A stretch of DNA of 64,000 bases from Dimorphilus gyrociliatus. Taxonomy: Eukaryota > Animalia > Annelida. The DNA lies in the NCBI GenBank assembly GCA_904063045.1, contig CAJFCJ010000084.1, forward strand, positions 1 to 64,000. Reading direction: 5' to 3'. Positions 27,083 through 38,117 of the stretch are shown here, in pieces. Every line of letters begins with the position of its first letter. Position 1 is the stretch's first letter. The position numbers and the translations under genes were made by a program. The notes under the pieces were generated by a model, which did no database searches, was not told the origin of the DNA, and saw nothing but the letters and a program-made list of their open reading frames with translations.

Positions 27083-28520
27083 TCAATTTCTTTGGAATTT
27101 ACCCCTGGTGAAGTTATGATAACTGTGTACAGTGCTGTTACAGTTTGTTGGCTGATTTGATTTATCACTGACAAATACATTCATTTCGTATTGTCCTGGT
27201 TTTAATGGAGATTTAACAACTGCAACGTCGTTCAGTTCCTTCAACCCCAAAAATTGTCCAATTCCAAAATAATCGAAAGATATACCATCCAATTTTTGAA
27301 GGTTAGGATCTCCAAAATTGACATTTGCATCTCTTTCATTACACGATTGACCTATCCACCCTCGAAAACATTCACATTCGGAGTTACAACCAATACGCTT
27401 TACGCATATGCCATTTAAACAACCATTTTCTTTAGCTTAAAATTTACTTGTCGCTGGCCATTTAAATGATACTGGAATTCGATACAACACTCGAACTGTC
27501 ATATTGCGCAATGTCCAACTGTTGAGATACATCGACCAAATCTATTAGTTCAATAATTTTCCACCTATTTGCATTCAATTNNNNNNNNNNNNNNNNNNNN
27601 NNNNNNNNNNNNNNNNNNNNNNNNNNNNNNNNNNNNNNNNNNNNNNNNNNNNNNNNNNNNNNNNNNNNNNNNNNNNNNNNNNNNNNNNNNNNNNNNNNNN
27701 NNNNNNNNNNNNNNNNNNNNNNNNNNNNNNNNNNNNNNNNNNNNNNNNNNNNNNNNNNNNNNNNNNNNNNNNNNNNNNNNNNNNNNNNNNNNNNNNNNNN
27801 NNNNNNNNNNNNNNNNNNNNNNNNNNNNNNNNNNNNNNNNNNNNNNNNNNNNNNNNNNNNNNNNNNNNNNNNNNNNNNNNNNNNNNNNNNNNNNNNNNNN
27901 NNNNNNNNNNNNNNNNNNNNNNNNNNNNNNNNNNNNNNNNNNNNNNNNNNNNNNNNNNNNNNNNNNNNNNNNNNNNNNNNNNNNNNNNNNNNNNNNNNNN
28001 NNNNNNNNNNNNNNNNNNNNNNNNNNNNNNNNNNNNNNNNNNNNNNNNNNNNNNNNNNNNNNNNNNNNNNNNNNNNNNNNNNNNNNNNNNNNNNNNNNNN
28101 NNNNNNNNNNNNNNNNNNNNNNNNNNNNNNNNNNNNNNNNNNNNNNNNNNNNNNNNNNNNNNNNNNNNNNNNNNNNNNNNNNNNNNNNNNNNNNNNNNNN
28201 NNNNNNNNNNNNNNNNNNNNNNNNNNNNNNNNNNNAATTCCAAATGTTACAGTATTCTCCCTGGCAACATTTCTTACAAATTCCTACTTTTCTAGATTCT
28301 TCACAATATTCATCTTTATGGTCAGACTGCCACATTTCATTTGAGCATCCTCTCTCAAAGGAAAGTGATTTATTATCTTTTTTCTCTTACAACCCAACAA
28401 CTAGCTTGAGGACATTATGTTTTTTTTTATGTGGACCTGTCATTGTTATTTCACCACCACATGCTATTTCATTTCCTTTGCAGAATAAACAATACATTTC
28501 GCATTGAAATCAGTGAAGAA
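27083..28520 (-). pseudogene. Ly6/three-finger-like domain followed, across the gap, by an EGF-like domain
   Basis: YCLFC...ACG...CPQASC...FERGC...YC...CKKCCQGEYCN (frameshifted) at 28240-28500; GCLNGICVKRIGCNSECECFRGWIGQSC at about 27350-27430. Confidence 0.55.
27581..28235. other. Assembly gap (655 N)
   Basis: Run of N. Confidence 1.
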
Positions 28521-29176
28521 TGTTTCCAGGTTTACATTTAGTATGGATTGTAGAATATTCGCAGGATAGACAATAATCTAATTGAACATTTACAGCATTT
28601 AGAACCAGATAGATAATATCCAGTTAAAATAATATTATTTTCTATAGAAATTGTAATAGAATATTGATTCAAGGAGAAGTGGGAATAGGTAAAAAATAAA
28701 TATTTAAAGAATCAGTGTGGGCCTATCTATGTTGGAAATTTATTTAGTTTTTGCTGAAAACTTGGTATAATTGACTTGTCAGATAATTACAAATGTTGGA
28801 ATGATTCTTTAGAATTTTTTTTTTAACGGATTGGAAGAATTATCCAATTGAAATTATCTATGAAATAATAACAAATTCTTTGTTTATATTATTATTTTTC
28901 ACTTCATTTTCATCTTTTTTTTTCATCACAGGAGACGTTCTCTCCACTGAAACCAATCCCACAATCCTCTAGAGTACGCAGGCTTATTCAGGTTCCATTC
29001 TAATCTAGGCTAAACTTGGTCTCAGCCTTTGCGCTAACTTTTCCAATGATTGGGACTCAATCAATCAATCATTACTGTATTTTTATTTTCCTTCCAAAAT
29101 CAGCCTTATTCCCAATCTTCTGTGCTCTTAGTCTAGATTTGTCAAACCATCAATCATTAATTATGTTGAAAAATCT

Positions 29177-30703
29177 TCACTCGCTATAGATTTTTATTTT
29201 GTCAGTGAATTTTAGCCATTGGGTAGTTTCTGAAAATTTGTGTTCAGTTAGATAACAATTGTCAAAACTAACATATCTTAATCTATCATATGATTGAAAA
29301 AGTCCATTGCAAATATAAGAAAATCCATTTCCCATGCTATTATTATTCAGTAAATGTACAATTTCAATTTTAGAACATGCTTTAAAGAAATTTCCAACAC
29401 TTTTACTTTGCTCCTCATTTAGGCCACATTCAGTGAAATCAACTTCTGCCAAAGTATTTGATGATTGAATTAATCCGTTGCAAATATCTATTAATCCATT
29501 TCCCATTTCATTGTTTTTAGAAAAATTGACTACTTCTATCTGAGAGCAATGTTTAAGCAAATTTCCAATGGAATTAGCTTGTTTAGCAGTTAGTTCACAA
29601 TTTCCAAAATCAATGCTTTTCAATGTATTTGATGAATTTAAAAGACCATTACAAATGTTCAATAAACCATTTCCCATTTCACTATTAAAGTTAAAATTGA
29701 TCAACTCCAATTTGGAACAATTTTTAAGCATACTTTCAATAGACACACATTGATCTTCACCTATTTCACAATAGCTGATATCAATACATCTTAAGGTATT
29801 TGATGAACGAACTAGCCTGTGGCAAATGTGTTGTAACAAATTTTTCAAAATTTTGTTTCCACACATATATAAGATTTCAACTTTAGAACATTTATCCAAC
29901 ACATTTTCAATATTTAAAACTTGACTTTCAGTTAGAAAACACCATTTAAAATAAATACATTTCAGAGTATTTGATGAATGAATAAGCCCATCACAAATAT
30001 TTGATAATCCATTGCCCATTTCTTTGTTACCACTCATAGAAATCTGTTCAATTTTAGAACAGACCTTCAATAGATTTCCAATACTGAAAGCTTGACTCTC
30101 AGATAGAAAACACCAGCTAAAATCAATATTTTTTAAAGTATTTGAAGACAGTAAGAGTGCATCACAAACTTTCAACAATCCATCTCCCATATTTCTGTTC
30201 ATGCTTAAGTTTATTGTTTCTAATTTAGTACAATTACTTATTATATAACCAATATCTGCAGTTTGAATAACTGTTAGTTTGCAATGACAGAAATACAAGT
30301 GTCTTAAAGTGTTCATTGAATGAACAAGCCCCTCACAAATCCTAGACAATCCATCACCCATATTTTCATTGGAGCTTAAATTTATTGTTTCTATTCCATA
30401 ACAATTTTCAAGAAATTCTCCAATATCCTTACAATAACTCTTTGTTAGACGGCATTTATAGAAATGGATACACTTTAAAGTAGTCAAAGATTGACGAAGC
30501 GCATTGCAAACTTTAGTGAATTCATTCTTTCTGACCATAGTCCTACTACACATGGAGCAGGTATATATATTATCAATATTGGCCAGTTGTTGAAAGCATC
30601 TGACACAGTGTACATGTTCACAAGACAGTATCTTAACATCTCTTCCTAGAAATGACTCAAGACAAATGGAACATTCCAGAATTTTCTCCTTATCTATAGA
30701 CAT
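29177..30703 (-). CDS. Intronless RING-HC + about 15 RI-type LRR protein (508 aa), putative E3 ligase
   Basis: C3HC4 RING CSIC...CEHVHCVRC...CSMC, then alternating 29/28-aa repeats (TLKxIxFxxCxL and IExINLSxNxxMGxGL); no stops. Confidence 0.9.
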   Translation of the reverse strand: MSIDKEKILECSICLESFLGRDVKILSCEHVHCVRCFQQLANIDNIYTCSMCSRTMVRKNEFTKVCNALRQSLTTLKCIHFYKCRLTKSYCKDIGEFLENCYGIETINLSSNENMGDGLSRICEGLVHSMNTLRHLYFCHCKLTVIQTADIGYIISNCTKLETINLSMNRNMGDGLLKVCDALLLSSNTLKNIDFSWCFLSESQAFSIGNLLKVCSKIEQISMSGNKEMGNGLSNICDGLIHSSNTLKCIYFKWCFLTESQVLNIENVLDKCSKVEILYMCGNKILKNLLQHICHRLVRSSNTLRCIDISYCEIGEDQCVSIESMLKNCSKLELINFNFNSEMGNGLLNICNGLLNSSNTLKSIDFGNCELTAKQANSIGNLLKHCSQIEVVNFSKNNEMGNGLIDICNGLIQSSNTLAEVDFTECGLNEEQSKSVGNFFKACSKIEIVHLLNNNSMGNGFSYICNGLFQSYDRLRYVSFDNCYLTEHKFSETTQWLKFTDKIKIYSE

Positions 30704-31579
30704 TCTTTGCGTTTCTTATAAATGTTTCAAATTTATTGGAGAAGGTTATATTGCAACTGTAACCACGACATGAAGCTTATTGAGAAGATTATAACCACAT
30801 TCACCATGTTTACACTGAAGAATAGGTCTAAAATCTCGAGTATTATTTAAGCTCATTGAAAGAGAATTTATGCAAATTGTGTGAAAAAAAAACATAGTTT
30901 TTTTGTTTTTCAAAATAGGGTTATGAAATTGTAATTTCTAACCCTTTATTTATTAAATGTACAGGTTTAGGAGACAATACTTGTATAGCTGTAACAGTAG
31001 AAATAGAATTCAATTTAAGAATACCTTGGCCAACAGCTAGTCAGGATCAAATTGAAATTAATGAAGGAAATTTTGGAGAATGTATCAATGTGTAAAATTC
31101 ATTTATCAACTGTTGGAACTATTGTATATGTATCAATAGAATATCAAAGTCATGTAATTGCATAACATTTTTCAGACTTTTGATAATTGTATTGATGATA
31201 GATTATAATAGGACTGCAGAAATGTTGTGTTTACATACTAGAACTTAATTTCACTCAGGCTATTCTTATCACACATGGTCTTCAGGTGTTGCTGTCACTG
31301 TATTCAGGATAATTATCTGAAGAAGGGGGCAAACGAATACTGAAAGATAGTGAAATTGTCTGCAAGCCAATCCTCTAATCTATTAGGCTCTTTATTGTTT
31401 AATTGGCACACAGAATATGAATCTTGCTAGCGTCCAATGCTCTACCAGAGTAGAGAAATCCAATAAAGACTGGACAGACTATCTTATCTCATGCAATGCT
31501 ACAACAATCCTAAACATTGAAATTTATGATATTATCTTCCTTACCTGAAGAATAACTTGTTAACGCTGTCTTCTCTAAA

Positions 31580-32610
31580 GACAATAATAAATGAAATTTT
31601 GCTGAAAATTTACCAACAAAATACAAGTATTTCGTTCAAAGAAAATGTATTGAGTAAATGAGTTTCTAGTTCTAAACAAGCAAGTTTTAACACCAAGCTA
31701 GCAGTTAGAAAACTGAACTGACTACTGGTAAATTCATAGGGTTTATATAGTCTTCCAATAGTTGACAATTCACAGATAAAAATATTCACACAAACAAATA
31801 TATCATTTTTCCATATTTGTTACTTTTCCATTGTTGTGGAAAGCCCTTGTTAGTAGGTCAGAGAACTGCATAAGATGTAACAATTTTTGGTAGAAGTTGG
31901 ACTGATTCCAACATACAAAAATAGACCTTTGTCAACATAATGCTGTTCTAATATACCACATGTTATTAATAATAATTGTTTGTCAAATGTACTTTGTTTC
32001 AGTGTAAGACAGTGATAGAGTAAAGCTAAGACACTTGATAATCTAAAATAGTATTGTGCATACAATACTGTTCAAAAGTGACAATAAGTTACACACTGCA
32101 AATATAAGTAGAATAGCATAAAATACAACTGCAATTCATGAAATATTGTGTGTATAATAAATAACTTTAATATTCAAGTTAAGTTGTAAAAGTATTTTAC
32201 AACTAACTTTTAAAATAGTGTAAAGAATAGTGTAATGTTGTACGTTAGGCGTTTAAAGCACTGTATAATACTATTCCAACATTGCTGTCCATTGATGAGT
32301 GGAATGTAACAATTTTGGGCGTGCGCTATGAAAAGTGTGTACTCGTTGGTAAGCATATGCATACAGTGCATGATAACAACCTACAAGTGTGCATATAAGT
32401 TAATTAGGCTTAATATTCAAATTAATTGTAAATTAGTATAGACGATGGTGTATGTTGTACATTAGGTGTTTAGAGTACTGTATAATACTATTCCAATACT
32501 GCTTTTCCATTGATGAACAATTTTGGGTGCACACTATGAAGTGTGCGTACTCCTTGGAAAGTATTTATGCATGGTGCATGGAAACTGCCTAAATGTGTAC
32601 AACATTAAAT
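31580..32610 (-). mobile_element. Dispersed repeat family B, copy 1 (LTR-like or other non-autonomous element) with about 220-bp internal tandem duplication
   Basis: Reverse-complement similarity to 41590-42420 over about 800 bp; 32400-32610 repeats 32170-32400. Confidence 0.7.
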
Positions 32611-32925
32611 TGGCAAAAAGAGCTGAAATATATTTTGAGAATGCTAGAAGAGAAGATGAAAGTGAATTCAAGCAATTCAAAAAGAGCTTTGATAACAGCA
32701 ACAGTTATAGAAATGAAAATGAACATAAATTTACACCTTTTTCTCAAAAGAGGACTAATCTACACTAAAGATTTGGATATGGAGGAAATAATGAAAAAGG
32801 TACCTTCAACAGATTAATTCATGTTGAAGCTGATCAACCAATGATAGAGAAACATCAAAAGGTACAATGGCAATATATGAATTGCGCATTTTCAGTGTAC
32901 ATCTTAAATAAAAGGCAGAGATGAT

Positions 32926-33250
32926 TTGCAATTTCATTTGAAAAATCATAATGGAAGAGAAGTGATTGCCTTGTGTGATACAGGAGCATTAATGTCATTT
33001 ATCACTGAAAAAGAAATTAAGTTATTGGACGAAAGATTAGTGAAGATAGAAACTACCGCATTGCCAAAAATAACGTCAGGTGATGGAAATGCACTCAAAA
33101 CTAAAGGTAAAGTAACACACAATTTGCTGAAAGAATTATGGAATGGGAATTCTGCATAATGGAAAAACTGGATATGGCAATAATATTAGGATGTGCTAAG
33201 AAAGTCTGTAGCCATAATTAACTTTGCAATTAAACAAGTTTCACTTCCTT
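32926..33250 (+). mobile_element. Retroelement-type aspartic protease relic
   Basis: VIALCDTGALMSFI, ITSGDGNALKTKGKV, and frameshifted LDMAIILG / LRKSVAIINF. Confidence 0.8.
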
Positions 33251-33663
33251 TCTTTATCAGAAGGGGAGAACCTGTTAAAACTTTTCTACAAAAAAGACAA
33301 AATGATCAATTGCAGGAAAGAAATCAAAGAAAACCTAACAAACTAACTGTTGGAATGATTGGACAATATTTGCAAGAACCACCTGAAGACCCACCTGAAG
33401 TATCAGATAGCAAAGATTCAGATATGGAAATTGCTGATTCAGATACAGGTTATGAAACAAGCCAAATTTTTAATACAAACATAACCTATGAATCATACCA
33501 AGGTTATGTAACAGACAACAGTTATCATACAGATCAAAGTCAGAATTCTTCAGAATATTATGAGACAGCAACAAGTTCTGAATCTGATGAAAATCATTAT
33601 TCAGATTGTGATACAGTTATTGTTATCAATTCATCTGAAGAAGAGACTAGTACCACAGCTGAT

Positions 33664-33806
33664 GATATGAATATGGAACTTCAACATATAGAGTTGGAAG
33701 ATGGAGTAACAATGAAGGTTACTAAAAAACCAAAAGCTGATATAAATATGGAACCTCAACATATAGAGTTGAAAGTTGGAGTAACAATGAAGGTTACTAA
33801 AGAACC
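33664..33806 (+). repeat. Two-copy 75-bp coding tandem repeat in an acidic ORF
   Basis: DMNMELQHIELEDGVTMKVTKKPKA and DINMEPQHIELKVGVTMKVTKEP. Confidence 0.85.
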
Positions 33807-34099
33807 TGTGCTCTGTTCTTGGCCAACTGAGAAGGTTATGGTATCCTTTCCATTTATATCATCCATTCTGCTCATGTTCAAGTAGAACAAAGATTCTTTT
33901 CCACAATTTTCTCTACACAATGTAAATTCACCAAAGAGTAAGGATGAAATACCAGTATTCTGTCAATAAAGTGTATTGCATAAACTTTAGTACAACAACC
34001 AAAGGAATAGTGTCTAAGTTGTGAACAGTTTGTTACCACTCAGGTTACTACTGCTGAGTACGAAAAGCTAGAGCTTTATATACATTTTAGTTAACAAAG

Positions 34100-34420
34100 A
34101 AAGCTTATCTTATTTGAACATTGATACATTAATGTCTTTTGTTGGTAAGAATCACATCTTATTTGACCAGTGATCCATTAGGGTGTTTATTGGTGTGCAG
34201 ACAACTTGAGTAGGCTGCTTGATGTGTGGAGATATCTTATCTTGTTTGAGCTTCTGCATATTGATGTCTTTATTGGTAGCACCTATCTTGTTGACTGTAC
34301 ACCAAGCTGTTTACCTATGTACACATTTGTTGATGAGGCTAATTAGTGTACATTAGTCAGCTTATCTTGTTTACACAACTGGACATTGATGTCTTGACTG
34401 ATAATACCATATCTTCCTTA
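34100..34420. repeat. Degenerate 3-copy tandem repeat, period about 125-132 bp
   Basis: CTTATCTT at 34104, 34236 and 34361, each followed by (G/A)ATGTCTT. Confidence 0.6.
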
Positions 34421-34438
34421 GCCATTGCCCATTAATGT

Positions 34439-35061
34439 TGTACTGCTCTTGCTGGCAAAATCTATGCGTTTGTAAGTTATAACAGTACTGGTTCTACTCA
34501 AACCTTTAAATTAAAACGGTTTATTCGCAATAATAATACTTAAGCAAGTAACAATATGAGAGTTCGATAGCAGAGTAGATAGTTCGTAAAAGCAGGTTGC
34601 CAAATTACCAAACTGTCTTCCAATGTTGAGGAGTAGATGGATGGTTCCAGTGGAGGTTGTTTCCAGATGATTTTCCCAGGTCCTTGGGTCCAGATGGAAG
34701 CTGCATGCCAAATGAGAATAGTGAGGATTTATATACTTTGAGGTTTGCCTCTGACATCCAATCATCACTTTACAGTTGCCGAAATGTGTAGTTCATATTT
34801 ATGTTTAGTAAGAGGATGTTAGAAGGTTGAACATTTAGGAAGGTTAATTGAATGATAACTTGGCCACACCCTAGGCAAGTTAATTAAATTATAACTTGGC
34901 CAAACCTTTATTGGTAATTAAAGATGAGCCTTCAAGCTGACTAATCAGACTTATGTTTGGCCAATGTTATAGCATTTTCTTGCGTAGGTTTTAAGATGTA
35001 CATGTATATGTTGCATCAAATAATACAGTTCAAGCATGTAAAATATAACCAAAGTTGTACA
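34439..35061 (-). mobile_element. Full-length family A LTR with adjacent polypurine tract (3' LTR)
   Basis: Termini TGTACA...AGTACA; PPT AAAGAAGGGGGAAGT at 35062-35076 immediately upstream on the minus strand; homologous to 3452-4021. Confidence 0.8.
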
Positions 35062-35092
35062 ACTTCCCCCTTCTTTGTGAAGATGAGTCCTT

Positions 35093-35319
35093 TCATCTTG
35101 ATTTAATGAGAATTACAGGTGGTTGTTCTTCTTCATTAGTTTGATGTTGACTAAAGCTACAACTTTGTTTTATTAGTTTTGGGTTTTCAGGAGAGTTATC
35201 TGTGCCCTCACTTGGGGTAGCAGTTTCTTCTCTTTGTTTTCTTCTTCCAATAATATAGTTGAAAATGATGATACATACCATTGACACTACAATACTCAAA
35301 CAAATATTTCGTATGATAA
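35093..35319 (-). mobile_element. C-terminal tail of a membrane-anchored (env-like) ORF just upstream of the PPT
   Basis: Hydrophobic IIIRNICLSIVVSMVCIIIFNYII, basic GRRKQR, polar tail, stop 17 nt before the PPT. Confidence 0.45.
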
Positions 35320-35619
35320 TGTACAACTTTGGTTATATTTTACATGCTTGAACTCTATTTGAAGTCATCCCATAGATCAATAATTTTCTTCTCTGAACCA
35401 TAGTCATCTGGTAAGACATAACAATTTTGATCTGCATCTTTTTAAGTTCTTTATTCTCTAGATAAGCCTATAGGTTAAATATTACTCAAGTGTTAACTTG
35501 TGTCTCTTGAAATGTGATAACTTAGCTGACAAACTAGTTTTCTCTAATTTTGACAGTGTCAAACTTAAATTGAAAAACCCTAAGCTAACCCTAAAATTCA
35601 TCTAGAACACAAGCCAAGC

Positions 35620-36011
35620 TACCTTGCCAAGTTATCAGATACTTTGAACCAGAAAGAGTAAGAGTCTTGATCTTCAGCTTGTTTTAGGTGATCTCAAATC
35701 GAGAGACAGAGATAGAAGATAGATATTGAGAGAGATGATTTGGATAAAACTATAAGAGTTTATATACTCTTTGGTTTGTCACTGATATCCAATCATCAGT
35801 TTGCAATTGATGAATGCTCTAGTTTATGTTTATCATTAGTAACAGGACATCACAAAGTCCAATAGACATAATCTTTGTCCTTTAGGAAAGTTAATTAAAT
35901 TATAACTTGTTGAAAGGTTGTAGTGTTTTCTTAAGTAGTTTGGGAGTCAAATAAGTGTTAGGCTTATTATAATAGTTTGAAGCATAATAAAATATATGTG
36001 TAAGTTGTACA
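35620..36011 (-). mobile_element. 3'-truncated family A LTR
   Basis: Starts TGTACA at 36011; closely follows 3452-3860 (GATGATTGGATATCAGTGACAAACCAAAGA core). Confidence 0.8.
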
Positions 36012-36941
36012 ATAGTCTTAAGAGATACTATAAGAAAGAGGAGTTACAATTCATAATTTGTCTAGAACACAACCATTCAAGCCAACTCCAGTTGGCAAAA
36101 CACAATTTTGTCACAATAATCAATCTAAACAGTTGACAATTATATACTATTACAAACACTTAACCAACAGCAAATAACCTAAGTTTTCCAAATGAAATGT
36201 ATTCAGTAATGTTGGAGCACTATTCAAGAGCTGATGATTACAGGAAACCTCCAACTTATTTCTATTTAATAAACAATAACTGAGATGGAATTGATAGGAA
36301 ATATCACTTTCATCATTCAAATGTAATGAGAATTTTAAAGAAATAACAATTTTCTTAGGAAATTTCACCATTTCTAAGTTTATCACATTTAAATCATTTA
36401 AGCCCTTCTAATAATCAATTCTATTATTTTAATAACTTATAATTGAATGTTTATGATTCATAATAAGTAATTGTCCAAATCCCCTTTTATTTTAAAAGTC
36501 TTGATGTAAGATACTTCAAAGTGCAGTCTAGTTCAAATAGACAAATACCTTAAATGTGTACAATGAGTAATATACCCATTCAATTTTATTCTTCAATCAG
36601 ATTTTAATTTATATAAAGAATCCTACTCTTTTTTGGGAAGATTTGTACTTGTAAGGGTTTTACAAAAGAATAAATTTTCTTTCAGTACAATAATGAAATT
36701 GTTTATAATGGAAACAAGAGTAAATAACAGTAAAATAACTAAACTTACTACAACAGTTGTGATCAAATGAATAATGCTTTGGTATTACTGAGCAATATTG
36801 CTTTTATTACATCCTGAAGCTATTTTTTCTGTTGATTTTAAAGATTCGCACAGATTTAGCCTTTTTTTATGTATAATTCTCTTAAGATGTTTTTAGAGCA
36901 ACTCTTCCAATTTATCTTGATCCAGAGCGATTACTGGAGTT

Positions 36942-38080
36942 TTATCTGAAATGAAATAATTTGGGAAACTTTTTCTTGGGAAAAGAACAATAATGGTAAA
37001 AACACTTACAAGACGTATAGCCCTGTGGTACAGAAGTTGTGTCAACTATTGCCTTCATTGTTGTTGTTGTTGTTTGTTTTGCTTTAAGAATTTCACAGGC
37101 AAATTTTACTTTTAAATATTTAAAAACTCCTTTACATGTATTACCAAATACAGAATTTTTTTCAAACACTTGCTTCTGTACTTTCCAAAGATTTTTGCGT
37201 TTACAAGTTGTCAAATCATTCTTGAGTCTTCCATATAAAGCTGATTTAATTGTAATATATAATCCAGATGGACATGCCAATTTTAAGTTTTTGTGTTCGC
37301 AGGCAATTTTTATTGCTAAAACATAAAAAGTTTATTTTCTCAGGTAAAATCTTACCATAAAATTCAATTCTTTACTTTTAACACATTCGTGATTTATCGT
37401 CTCCTTTTTCTCCTTTTACGCTGTTTATAAAAATTACTTGGTTAGCACTACAAATAACATGTAGAGAGTGATTTTCACAGACTGTTTGTGAAGCATTAGT
37501 TGGATCTGAGGAGGAGGATGAAGAGGAAGATAATGAAAGAAGACAAGAAGTTAATATAGTTAACTGTATCTTTTTTTGTAAAAAGAAAAACTTACTTTTA
37601 AACAGAAAATTGATGAAAGAAACCAAAACTATTGAAATTTTTAGAAATTCAACGGAAATAGGAAACTGAAAATTAAGAGAATTAAAAAATCCTCTCTCTC
37701 TCTCTCTCTCTCTCTCACAAGTATTTAACTTGGCCAAAGGTTGGTGTTTTTGCTTAAAGTGGTTTGCATGTGACCTAGGCAATGGGCCTATAATGATTTG
37801 AAGCGTAATAAAATATATTATGTGTAAATTGTACAGTCTAATAAGTTCACATAGGGGTTGTTTAAACCAGGACACTCAGGTGGCTCAAACAAACAAACAA
37901 ACAATATCTTCAAATATTAAATTCTCATGCAGTTTCATTTAACAGCATTCTAAAGCTAAAATGCTGAAGCATTGTCAAGTGTAAATAGTTTCCATGAACT
38001 ACCAAACTGGTAACTTTTTGATCTAGTAAACAGAATTGACAAACAATTGAGAACAATACCAATGTTGAAGGGTTCAAACG
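36942..38080 (-). pseudogene. Exons encoding tandem SUEL (rhamnose/galactose-binding lectin) domains
   Basis: TVCENHSLHVICSANQVIFINS and ACEHKNLKLACPSGLYITIKSALYGR...NSVFGNTCKGVFKYLKVKFAC; internal parts shortened or degenerate. Confidence 0.7.
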
Positions 38081-38086
38081 TCAACA

Positions 38087-38117
<31 letters not shown>

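Noticed and set aside
27565-28507. Long ORFs 27565-28335, 27569-28507 and 27575-28243
   Set aside because: Their length comes from the N gap.
31318-31332. GAAGAAGGGGG as a polypurine tract
   Set aside because: Not followed by a TG-starting LTR sequence.
32603-32630. Primer-binding site after TGTACA (ACATTAAATTGGC) making 31580-32610 the 5' LTR of the protease relic
   Set aside because: TATA/polyA orientation of family B points the other way, the spacing to TGG is long, and no tRNA match can be verified.
33664-34420. Repeats as a CRISPR-like array
   Set aside because: Eukaryotic context, only 2-3 degenerate units, no constant repeat with unique spacers and no cas genes.
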